A DNA stretch of 64,000 bases from a virus. This document shows positions 25,429-34,093 of the stretch, piece after piece (position 1 is the stretch's first letter; each line of letters begins with the position of its first letter). The position numbers and the translations under genes are program-made. The notes beneath the pieces were generated by a model. The model was given only the letters and a program-made list of their open reading frames with translations. It ran no database searches and was not told the origin of the DNA. The DNA lies in the IMG/VR virus record IMGVR_UViG_3300027971_000028, positions 69,337 to 133,336 of that record; one strand, written 5' to 3'.

Positions 25429-28067
25429 GTACATGGGAGTACGCAAACGGCAGACTTGCACCAGGTGCAAAATGGTATGCAGAACAAGGTTGGAAAATTC
25501 TTCCATGTTATGGAATAGCCAATGGAAGATGTAGTTGTAACTCTTCACACGCAGAGCCAAAAGACACTGGTAAACACCCAGCAATAGCCCAGTGGAACGC
25601 ATCTGCTACATCTGATGTAGATAAAATTTCTGAGTGGTGGTCTTCTGAACCTGATTACAACATTGGAGTCTTCTGCCGTCCTAGTGGATTTTTAGTAATT
25701 GATATTGATCCTCGCTCTGGTGGCCCAGAATCATTTGAAAAATTTGAAGCCTTACTTGAAGGCGCACTTCCATCAACTGTTGAAGCAATAACTGGTGAGT
25801 ACACAATCGGTAATGGAAAAGCCATGCGTGGTCGTCACTTATTTTATAAGTGCAGTGAGTCAGAAGAGTTAGTTGGAAATCTAAATAAACAAGGCTTAAA
25901 AGGCGTGGATATCAAACATAATGGTTATGTTCTTATTGCACCTTCTAGACACTTCTCAGGTCACTGCTATGAATGGGTAAAAGGTAAAGGTCCTCATGAA
26001 ATGGAGATGGCTGAGGCTCCAGAAGAGTTACTTAATGTTTTAAGAAAAAGATCAAGGAAATCTAGTGGAACCAGTGTTGGTCTTGGAGACTGGTCTGCAA
26101 TGGTTGGAGATATAGGAAACTATGATCCAACAATTGATGTTAATAAAATTCTTAAAGAAGGTATTGATGAAGGTAGTCGTGCTATTGATCTTTATGCACT
26201 TGCTTGCTCTCTTGCAAATAAATTTCCAGTAGATACTGAAGCAGGTCGTCTTGCTGTTGAATCTTTAATGATTCGTTTTAATGCCGAACAAGTTAGACCC
26301 CCTCTACCACTTGAAGGAACTAATAGCGTAATGATGCACACTAGACGTGCAATTGATTTTGTTTTAAAAAATCCTAAACTAGATAGGCTTTTACCTCCTG
26401 GTCACAAAGAATGGGCAGAAGGTTCTCAAAAAGAAACTAGAGCATCTTTAGGAGGAACTTCTTTAGAAAAAATAAAACCAATTTTAGGAGTTGTTCATCC
26501 GCCTGCTAATAGTGATAGAAATAATGCAATAATTTCTTCTATTGAAGATGGTTATGGAAATGATCAAGTTTTATCTGCTAAAAATTTAGATATACCTCTT
26601 GATGTAGATGCTATTTCTATTGAAGATGGTGGGCAAGAAGATAAGCGAAGTTTTACAGATATTGGAAACGGTCGTAGATTAATAGATACTTTTAAAGATG
26701 TAATTAGGTATACACCTGGCTTAGGTTGGTTTCATTGGAATAACGGGTACTGGAAGCCAGATGCTGAAGGTTTAGAAGTAAAAGAGTTATCTAAAATGCT
26801 TCCCACTCTTATTATGAGTGAAACTCCTAAAAAACATCCTAGTAAATTTACAGAAGAAGAGGCTTCTCGACAAGTAGAACTTCAAAAGTGGTCTACACAG
26901 AGTAGATCGATTAGTCGTCTGCGTTCTGCAATTGAAGCAGGTAACTCTGATCCTAGAATTAATAGACATGTAGAGGAGTGGGATAAGGATGAAAACCTAC
27001 TAGGTGTAATGAATGGTGTTGTTGATCTTAAAACAGGAGAGTTGTTAAAGAATCGTCCTGACCTATTTATAACTAGAAGAGCGCCAGTTGGATATATTGT
27101 TGGTCAAAGAAATGTTCGTTGGGAACAATTCTTAGACTTTGCTACTGGTGGAGATAAAGAGTTTCAAGAGTGGCTACAACGTGCGGCTGGATACTCTTTG
27201 ACTGGTTCTAGAAAATATGATGTTATGTTTTTAGTTTATGGTCCTGCTGGCTCTGGTAAAAATACATTTGTTGAAGCATTAGTTAAATGTTTAGGTACTC
27301 AACAATATGCTTGGCCTTTAGACTCAAGTATTCTTGCACAAAATGATGGCAGAGCAAATAGCCAAGATCTCTACCACTGGGCTGAGTTGCGTGGACGTCG
27401 AATGGTTTGGGTAGATGAATTACCTGAGTCTGAAAGATTAAAAGAAAACTCAGTTAAGAAGTTAACTGGTTCTTCTGAAATCTCTGCTCGCTCTCCTGGT
27501 GAGAAACCTTTTACTTTTAGCTCTCGTGCAAAACTTTGGGTAAGTACTAACCACAGACCAGTAATTAGTGATGATGCTATGTGGAGACGTATTAGACCAG
27601 TACCGTTTTTACATGTTCCAGAAAGTCCAGATCCAGAGTTAAAAGAGTACATATTTGATCCAGACGGTGCACTAAGTGCTGTTCTTGCATGGGCAGTAGA
27701 AGGAGCAATTAAAATTTTAGGCTCTGGATCTAAAGATGGTCTTGGTTGGTGTCGGGTTGTTAGCGATGCGGCTGAGATCTATAGAAAAAATGAAGACAGA
27801 ATTGGTTTGTTCTTAAACGAAGAAACTAATGAAAATGCAGGATCTACTTTATCTGTTAAAACACTTTACACTGTTTACAGAGCATGGAGTGAAGATCGTG
27901 GAGAGAGACCTCTTACTCAGATTGCATTCCATAGAAAACTTATGGATAGAAACCTAAGCATCGTAGGCTCGGGTTCCCAGGCTACAGTTGGCGGACGTTC
28001 TTTAATTCCTAGAGCCGTTCCTTCTGGAGAAGTAGATTGGTCTGTTGCCGCTAGATTTTCTAGGTAA
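25425..28067 (+). CDS. Bifunctional primase-polymerase / SF3 (D5, P4-like) helicase
   Basis: GKHP, YNIGV, VIDIDPR, GRHLFY, GYVLIAPSRH; Walker A GPAGSGKN, WVDE, STNHRP, AMWRR. Confidence 0.92.
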   Translation: MSTWEYANGRLAPGAKWYAEQGWKILPCYGIANGRCSCNSSHAEPKDTGKHPAIAQWNASATSDVDKISEWWSSEPDYNIGVFCRPSGFLVIDIDPRSGGPESFEKFEALLEGALPSTVEAITGEYTIGNGKAMRGRHLFYKCSESEELVGNLNKQGLKGVDIKHNGYVLIAPSRHFSGHCYEWVKGKGPHEMEMAEAPEELLNVLRKRSRKSSGTSVGLGDWSAMVGDIGNYDPTIDVNKILKEGIDEGSRAIDLYALACSLANKFPVDTEAGRLAVESLMIRFNAEQVRPPLPLEGTNSVMMHTRRAIDFVLKNPKLDRLLPPGHKEWAEGSQKETRASLGGTSLEKIKPILGVVHPPANSDRNNAIISSIEDGYGNDQVLSAKNLDIPLDVDAISIEDGGQEDKRSFTDIGNGRRLIDTFKDVIRYTPGLGWFHWNNGYWKPDAEGLEVKELSKMLPTLIMSETPKKHPSKFTEEEASRQVELQKWSTQSRSISRLRSAIEAGNSDPRINRHVEEWDKDENLLGVMNGVVDLKTGELLKNRPDLFITRRAPVGYIVGQRNVRWEQFLDFATGGDKEFQEWLQRAAGYSLTGSRKYDVMFLVYGPAGSGKNTFVEALVKCLGTQQYAWPLDSSILAQNDGRANSQDLYHWAELRGRRMVWVDELPESERLKENSVKKLTGSSEISARSPGEKPFTFSSRAKLWVSTNHRPVISDDAMWRRIRPVPFLHVPESPDPELKEYIFDPDGALSAVLAWAVEGAIKILGSGSKDGLGWCRVVSDAAEIYRKNEDRIGLFLNEETNENAGSTLSVKTLYTVYRAWSEDRGERPLTQIAFHRKLMDRNLSIVGSGSQATVGGRSLIPRAVPSGEVDWSVAARFSR

Positions 28068-28069
28068 AT

Positions 28070-28549
28070 ATGAAACTTAAATGGACTAAAGAAAAAGATG
28101 CTCGCTTCTGGGATAAAGTCTATGTCGATGAAGATGAAGATTGCTGGCTTTGGTTTGCTGCTATAACTAGCAGTGGGTACGGGGCTTTTTCATATAGCAA
28201 AGGTAAATTAATAAGTGCTCATAAAATATCTTGGGCTATACATAAAAATAATGACACTCTATCCCCACGTAATCTACAAATTATGCATCTCTGTGACAAT
28301 AAAGTTTGCGTTAATCCTCATCATTTAGCCATGGGAACTGCTAGACAAAACAATCTAGATGCCTTTAAAAGAGGTCTAAATACCCCTATAAATAAGATAG
28401 TTGGTAGACCTAGTCAAAATCCTTACTGTAAACACGGACATGAACGTAGTAAAGAAAACACTATTATTAAAGATGGCTACAAACTTTGCAAACTTTGTAG
28501 ACAAGAAACCTACCGTAAATCCAAACTCAAAAAACACCCCTCCCCCTAA
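28070..28549 (+). CDS. HNH homing endonuclease
   Basis: CWLW..SGYG..AHK..MHLCDNKVCVNPHHL..N; C-terminal CKHGH..CKLC. Confidence 0.88.
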   Translation: MKLKWTKEKDARFWDKVYVDEDEDCWLWFAAITSSGYGAFSYSKGKLISAHKISWAIHKNNDTLSPRNLQIMHLCDNKVCVNPHHLAMGTARQNNLDAFKRGLNTPINKIVGRPSQNPYCKHGHERSKENTIIKDGYKLCKLCRQETYRKSKLKKHPSP

Positions 28550-28622
28550 TCTCATCCTCCTCCTCTGCCTCTTACGGAATGAGAGCGCGAAGAAACGTAT
28601 TTTCAAAGCAAGGTATAATTAA
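28537..28622 (+). repeat. Cassette module copy A (C/T tract + 23-bp core + TATAAT)
   Basis: Core ACGGAATGAGAGCGCGAAGAAAC at 28574-28596; TATAAT 17 bp later. Confidence 0.85.
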
Positions 28623-28642
28623 GCATCTAACAAAGGATTCCC

Positions 28643-29629
28643 GTGCCAATTCTTGGTTCTCAATCTTCAGGTGCAAAAGCAGCCCCAGCCACTCCAACTA
28701 TAGGAACACCAACTTTAACCAACTCAACAACAGTTTCAATTCCTTTCACCGCTCCTGATAGCAAACTTCCAATTACCTCTTACACAACTACCTCCTCTCC
28801 TTCTATTGCCTTAACTACGTCAGGTACTTCTACTCCACTAACTGTTACTGGTTCATTTGTTGCAGGAACTACTTATACATTTACAATTACTGCAACAAAC
28901 GCAAATGGAACTTCGTCTTCTTCAAGTACGTCTACTTCAGTTACTCCAGAAAAACCAGCGCCTAGTACAGTTTCAACAATGGGAGTAGGCGGTGGCGGTT
29001 GTGGTCAGTATACAAGTGCAGGCGGAGGCGGCGGAGGTGGTGGTGAAGTTTTAGTTAATAATAGTTTCTCTATAACTACAAATACTAACTATTCAATTAG
29101 TATTGGTGCAGGTGGAACAAATGCTCCAGTTGGTAATGGTCCACCTTTTGCATATAGCGGCGGCGCTAGTACAAGACTTGGTAGCAATGCCCGCGGCGGT
29201 ATTTATGCAACTTGGGCGTATCCAAATTATGGTCAAGGTGGAGCATCTGGTAATGGTAATGACGGCAATGGCGGTGGTGGTGGCGGTGCTGGTGCTGCTT
29301 CAACTAGTGCAACAGGTGGTGCAGGAATTACTTATAACTCGGTAGAATATGGCAAGGGCGGTAGTACTGGCGGTGGTTCAGGTGCTGGTGCAAGGACTGG
29401 AGTTAACACTGGTGGTGGTGGTGGCGGAAGACAAGGTAACGACCAATTTGGAATTCCTTCACCATATACCCCATGTTGGGGAAGAGATGGAGTGGTTATT
29501 GTGAGATATAGTGACACTTATAAGGATCCAACAATTGGTGGCGGACTAGTTTATACAAAAACTACTGATGGTTCTACTTTAGTTTTTACATTTACAGCTG
29601 GCTCCGATAATATAAGTTGGGCAGCATAA
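28643..29629 (+). CDS. FN3 + Gly-rich adhesin-like protein
   Basis: MPILGSQSS leader (GTG start), GTTYTFTITATNANG FN3, Gly-rich C-half. Confidence 0.75.
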   Translation: MPILGSQSSGAKAAPATPTIGTPTLTNSTTVSIPFTAPDSKLPITSYTTTSSPSIALTTSGTSTPLTVTGSFVAGTTYTFTITATNANGTSSSSSTSTSVTPEKPAPSTVSTMGVGGGGCGQYTSAGGGGGGGGEVLVNNSFSITTNTNYSISIGAGGTNAPVGNGPPFAYSGGASTRLGSNARGGIYATWAYPNYGQGGASGNGNDGNGGGGGGAGAASTSATGGAGITYNSVEYGKGGSTGGGSGAGARTGVNTGGGGGGRQGNDQFGIPSPYTPCWGRDGVVIVRYSDTYKDPTIGGGLVYTKTTDGSTLVFTFTAGSDNISWAA

Positions 29630-29961
29630 TGGCACGCTACGCTATCCTAGATGAAAACAATTTTGTTATAAATATAATTGTAGGACGAGAGCCAGGAGAG
29701 TTGGTAAACGGAGTTTCAGACTGGGAAACTTATTACGGTGTTCATTTAAATAAAATGTGTAAAGTAACTTCTTACCCCAACTGGGCAGTTATTGGTGGGA
29801 TATACGATACAGTGAACAATGTTTTTATCTCTCCACAACCTTTTCCTTCTTGGATCCGATCAGGTTCTTTCTGGGAAGCTCCAACTCCAAGACCAGAAGA
29901 TGACAAATTTTACACTTGGGATGAAGACTCCCTTAGTTGGATAGAGCAAACTCAACCTTAA
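29629..29961 (+). CDS. Small Trp-rich adhesin partner, paralogue 4
   Basis: MARYAILDE, FISPQPFPSW, WEAPTPRP, WDE..SW; TAATG overlap at 29627-29631. Confidence 0.75.
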   Translation: MARYAILDENNFVINIIVGREPGELVNGVSDWETYYGVHLNKMCKVTSYPNWAVIGGIYDTVNNVFISPQPFPSWIRSGSFWEAPTPRPEDDKFYTWDEDSLSWIEQTQP

Positions 29962-30049
29962 CCAGTTTTAAATTTACTACCTATATCTCCGATTCCTTTT
30001 AGGGAACGAGAGCGCGAAAAAACAGATTTCAAATTCACGATATAATTAG
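29962..30049 (+). repeat. Cassette module copy B
   Basis: Core AGGGAACGAGAGCGCGAAAAAAC at 30001-30023; TATAAT 17 bp later; AGGAG RBS. Confidence 0.8.
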
Positions 30050-30069
30050 TAAATACTTTTAGGAGCCTC

Positions 30070-31773
30070 ATGCCCATTCTAGGAACGCAAGCCTCACAAA
30101 ACACTAAATCATTCTTAGGTCTTGCTGTTGATTATTTAGTTGTTGCTGGTGGTGGTAGCGGAGGCTATTCTGGTGGCAATCCAAATGGTGGCGGTGGTGG
30201 TGGAGCAGGTGGTATGCGCTCTACAGTTACTGCTACTGGCGGTAGTGGTTCTTTAGAATCTGCTTTAACTTTATCTTTGAATACTAATCACACAGTTACG
30301 GTTGGTGCAGGTGGTGCTGGTGGTGTTGTTGTTGCCAATGGTAATAATTCAGTTTTTGCAACAATTACTTCAACTGGCGGTGGTAGCGGTGCAGATTGGA
30401 TTGCCCCAAACATAACACAAAATGGCAATGCTGGCGGTTCAGGTGGTGGCGGTACAGGCGGTTCAGGCTATACACCTCACGGCACAGGCGGTGCTGCTTC
30501 TCCTGCTGGTCAAGGTTTTGCAGGTGGTAATGCTTCAGGTACAGGTGGAAGTACAGCATCTGGCGGTGGTGGCGGTGGCGCTAGCGCAGTTGGAACTAAT
30601 GGCGCAAGTGGCGCAGGTGGTTCAGGTGGTGATGGTAGAGCAACATCAATAAGTGGTTCATCAGTTACTTACGCTGGCGGTGGTGCATCTACTGGAACAA
30701 GTAGTGGTGGTACTGCAGGAACAGGTGGCGGCGGAACTGTAGGAAGTGCTGGAACCGCTAATACAGGTGGCGGTGGAGGCGGTAGTTCTACAGGTAATAG
30801 TGGCAACGGCGGCTCAGGAGTTGTAATTGCACGCTACGCGGGAACTGAGCAAAAAGCATATGGCGGAACTGTAACAACATCTGGTGGAAATACAATTCAC
30901 ACATTTAATTCATCAAGTTCTTTTTATACAGGTTCTCCTAAAGCAAGTGGTGGAACAATTAGTTTTGCTAGTGGATATTTTTATCACGCATTTACATCGA
31001 CTGGATCCTTTACTCTTACTCCGTCCGAGGCTTTAACTGTTGATGTTTTGGTAATCGCAGGTGGTGGTGGTGCTGCTGGTTATATATCCTCAGGATACGC
31101 AGGGTCATCAGGTGGTGGCGCTGGAGGTTTATTAAATTTTGCATCTGAAAGTCTTACAGCAAATGCAGGATATACCGTAACTGTTGGCGCTGGTGGCGCT
31201 GGCGGAACAGCCAATACAAATAATGGTACTTCGGGTACTAATTCTCGATTTGGTAGTTTAACTACAGTAGTCGGTGGTGGTTACGGCGTAAATAGATATG
31301 TAGCAGGTGGTGCACTTGCTGGTGGTAACGGTGGTTCAGGCGGAGGAGGTGCTGGAACTGCTGGTGGTTCTCCAACATCAGGGCAAGGAAATAGCGGTGG
31401 AAGTGCGATAGCAGTCAATGGTACTGGTGGAGGCGGAGGTGCTGGCGCCGCTGGTGGAAACTCAACAACCGATAATGGTGGTAACGGTGGTGCTGGCATA
31501 AATACATATTCAACTTACGCAAGTGCAACCTCTACTGGAGTAAGTGGTTATTACGCAGGTGGCGGAGGCGGAGGAGTATACGCAAACGGAACTCCAGGTA
31601 CAGGCGGCTCAGGTGGCGGTGGCAGTGCTGGCAGTAACTCTGCTGGTGTATCAGGAACCGCGAACACAGGCGGTGGTGGTGGTGCGGCTAGTTATGCAAG
31701 CGGTATGGGAACTGTAAATGCAACAGGAGGCGCTGGTGGTAGCGGTTTAGTTATTGTTAGGTACGCAGTCTAA
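30070..31773 (+). CDS. Tandem two-domain Gly-rich adhesin-like protein
   Basis: MPILGTQASQNTKSF leader; two VAGGGG...GGSG.VI.RY domains. Confidence 0.78.
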   Translation: MPILGTQASQNTKSFLGLAVDYLVVAGGGSGGYSGGNPNGGGGGGAGGMRSTVTATGGSGSLESALTLSLNTNHTVTVGAGGAGGVVVANGNNSVFATITSTGGGSGADWIAPNITQNGNAGGSGGGGTGGSGYTPHGTGGAASPAGQGFAGGNASGTGGSTASGGGGGGASAVGTNGASGAGGSGGDGRATSISGSSVTYAGGGASTGTSSGGTAGTGGGGTVGSAGTANTGGGGGGSSTGNSGNGGSGVVIARYAGTEQKAYGGTVTTSGGNTIHTFNSSSSFYTGSPKASGGTISFASGYFYHAFTSTGSFTLTPSEALTVDVLVIAGGGGAAGYISSGYAGSSGGGAGGLLNFASESLTANAGYTVTVGAGGAGGTANTNNGTSGTNSRFGSLTTVVGGGYGVNRYVAGGALAGGNGGSGGGGAGTAGGSPTSGQGNSGGSAIAVNGTGGGGGAGAAGGNSTTDNGGNGGAGINTYSTYASATSTGVSGYYAGGGGGGVYANGTPGTGGSGGGGSAGSNSAGVSGTANTGGGGGAASYASGMGTVNATGGAGGSGLVIVRYAV

Positions 31774-31964
31774 TTTTAAAAAATGAAATATATAACTAAA
31801 AAATTAAATATAGACACCTTTTTATCTATACTTATAGCATCCTTATTTCTTATTCTTTTTTCAAACCAATCTATGCGTCAAATACAGGTTGATTTTTGGG
31901 TAAATAATCCAAATCTAAATCCAGCAAATGGTCACATTAATACAACTAGTTTTAGATAGATTTA

Positions 31965-33383
31965 TTAGTTAGCCTTAAAAACCCTAGATCCACCACCTCT
32001 ACCACCCATACCTCCTCTAAAACTTGGAAGTCTTCTGGCGGCGGGAGATTTTGCGGTTAATTTTCCACCAATAAATCCTTTAGGTGGTTTAATAAGTAGA
32101 GCCGTTAAAGCATGAACTAGAGCATCTACTCTATCTGGAGATTTTCCTTCACCAGGAATCCATGCAGTCATTTGATCTTCTAACTCTGCAATGTATCCAA
32201 TATGGTGAACTCTTTCTTGTTCATATGCAAGAACTACTGGCTCTGCTCTAAGTTGTTTTCCATGTTTAGAGTGAACTTCAAATACTTTTACATTTGGGTC
32301 AATAGCATTAATAGCATTAGTAACTAAGGCTCCACCCTGATTTACCTCTGCTACAACTGGTGCTCCCCAACGCCTAGCCATCTCTACAACTTTATTTGCC
32401 CAAACTTCAGGAGAACCATGAATAGTTGCATCCTCTAAAACCCAAGCGTGACGTTTATATAAATCTCTATCTGCAGTTGATGCAACTACAACAATTCCAC
32501 AAGCATCTCGTGGGTTCTCCGCTACGGATGGGTCAACTCCAATAACTCTTAAAGGAGTGTGTGGTGGTAAAACATTTTGTCTAGCCTTACTTATCATCTC
32601 TATTGTCCATAGTGCACCTTCAATAGAATCAAGCATCTCTCCATAAAGTTCCTGCTTTGCTAATCTTGTTCCTTCATACACTCCCAAAATTGTGTCTAAA
32701 TATGCAGAGCTTAAGTTTCCAGAGTTGTCCATAGTAGATCCTCTAGTAACAACAACTTTACTACCTTTCTTTTCTTCTTCTAATAAAGAATAAAGAAGTG
32801 ATACACGCTTTGGAGTTGTTGTAATCATAATTTGTGGATTAGCACCTAAACGAGTTCCAACACGTAAGTTATCAAAAGCAGTCATACCAGCAGCATCTGG
32901 AGTCTGGCGCCATGCAGCTACTTCATCCCCCCAAGCGTGGGTGAATTGCGGACCACGAAGTGAGTCTGGCTCATCTGCTGTAAAACAGGTAGCCGTATTT
33001 CCATTAGGCCAAGTTAAACGACGTTTAGATGGTTCATATAATGGACGCTCACTTGGTGGAGTCACATTCATAATTCCTGATTCACCTTCAACAAGAACGT
33101 CACGTACATCTGCTGCAGTACGAGCAACAAGTGCAAAACGTCTTTGACCAGTGTTTGTATACTTTGCTGTTTCTCTTACCCACTCAGCCGCTGCTCTTGT
33201 TTTTCCAGCACCGCGACCAGCAAGATAAATCCAAATATTCCAATCACCCTCTGGTGCTTGTTGTTCTGGACGTGCCCATGAATGCCAATCCCAGAGAAGC
33301 ATCTCTGGATCTAAGTCCGCCAATACTGCAGCTTTTTCTTCTGGAGATAAAAGAGATATCTTCTCCATAAAACTTTGTCCCAT
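31965..33383 (-). CDS. terL: Terminase large subunit
   Basis: Walker A LAGRGAGKT, GPQFTHAWGDE, ITTTPK, QELYGE, nuclease IGVDP and SPDRVDALV. Confidence 0.93.
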   Translation of the reverse strand: MGQSFMEKISLLSPEEKAAVLADLDPEMLLWDWHSWARPEQQAPEGDWNIWIYLAGRGAGKTRAAAEWVRETAKYTNTGQRRFALVARTAADVRDVLVEGESGIMNVTPPSERPLYEPSKRRLTWPNGNTATCFTADEPDSLRGPQFTHAWGDEVAAWRQTPDAAGMTAFDNLRVGTRLGANPQIMITTTPKRVSLLYSLLEEEKKGSKVVVTRGSTMDNSGNLSSAYLDTILGVYEGTRLAKQELYGEMLDSIEGALWTIEMISKARQNVLPPHTPLRVIGVDPSVAENPRDACGIVVVASTADRDLYKRHAWVLEDATIHGSPEVWANKVVEMARRWGAPVVAEVNQGGALVTNAINAIDPNVKVFEVHSKHGKQLRAEPVVLAYEQERVHHIGYIAELEDQMTAWIPGEGKSPDRVDALVHALTALLIKPPKGFIGGKLTAKSPAARRLPSFRGGMGGRGGGSRVFKAN

Positions 33384-33385
33384 AC

Positions 33386-33853
33386 TTAAACTTTACTCGC
33401 TCTATTAAGACTTCTTTGTACTCCATAATATAAAGGAGCAGCCGAATTTAGTCCCAATCCTTTTGCTAAATCTTGTAATGAGAATCCATTTATATACTCT
33501 TTTGTAAGTTGATTGTGGTAGAAAACAGATCCACCATTTTCTTTTGCTGTTTTTATTCTTTCTATTGCATTAGGTAGCTCTGATTTATCTGCTGTTCTTT
33601 CTTGCACAATATCTGATATAAATACTTTTTCCATAATAATTCTACGTCTAACTCCTGGGTACGCAACTTTAAGTACTCTTGCTAATTCTGGAACATTTCC
33701 GCCTAAAGAAGAGAATTCAACTAAAAGTCTTGTGTACTCTCTACTTGCTCTATGAGCAGGAGTGTCTTGTTTTCTTGAGCCGTAAGCCTTTTTTGCCAGT
33801 GGAAAAAGTGCTTCAATTTTAACTTTATATTGGGCTACTAACTCTGAATTCAT
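33386..33853 (-). CDS. Hypothetical protein with tandem HTH-like halves
   Basis: LARVLKVAYPGVRRR and SLQDLAKGLGL segments; weakly like 45605..46228. Confidence 0.6.
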   Translation of the reverse strand: MNSELVAQYKVKIEALFPLAKKAYGSRKQDTPAHRASREYTRLLVEFSSLGGNVPELARVLKVAYPGVRRRIIMEKVFISDIVQERTADKSELPNAIERIKTAKENGGSVFYHNQLTKEYINGFSLQDLAKGLGLNSAAPLYYGVQRSLNRASKV

Positions 33854-33916
33854 TGATCTCCATTATGCTTGTACTTATTGTATCTATAGCATACTAGAGT
33901 TTTTATACTGTGGGTT

Positions 33917-34093
33917 TTACGACTCGTCTTCTCTATGTCGAATAGGATAAGTTACTGCCCAAGCAACAAGAGTTCCAATAATGCTCCAGCCAACAATTGT
34001 TTTTGCTGAACCATCTAGCACTACCCAAGCAATGAACATACCTAGTAAGGTCCAAAGCTGATCTATCATGTCAGTAATTACTCTTCTTATCAT
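33917..34093 (-). CDS. Small two-TM membrane protein (58 aa; not in ORF track)
   Basis: MIRRVITDMIDQLWTLLGMFIAWVVLDGSAKTIVGWSIIGTLVAWAVTYPIRHREDES; ATGA overlap with the upstream stop. Confidence 0.7.
   Translation of the reverse strand: MIRRVITDMIDQLWTLLGMFIAWVVLDGSAKTIVGWSIIGTLVAWAVTYPIRHREDES

Noticed and set aside
31874-31960. 28-codon ORF MRQIQVDFWVNNPNLNPANGH...
   Set aside because: No RBS or motif support; lies in a convergent AT-rich gap
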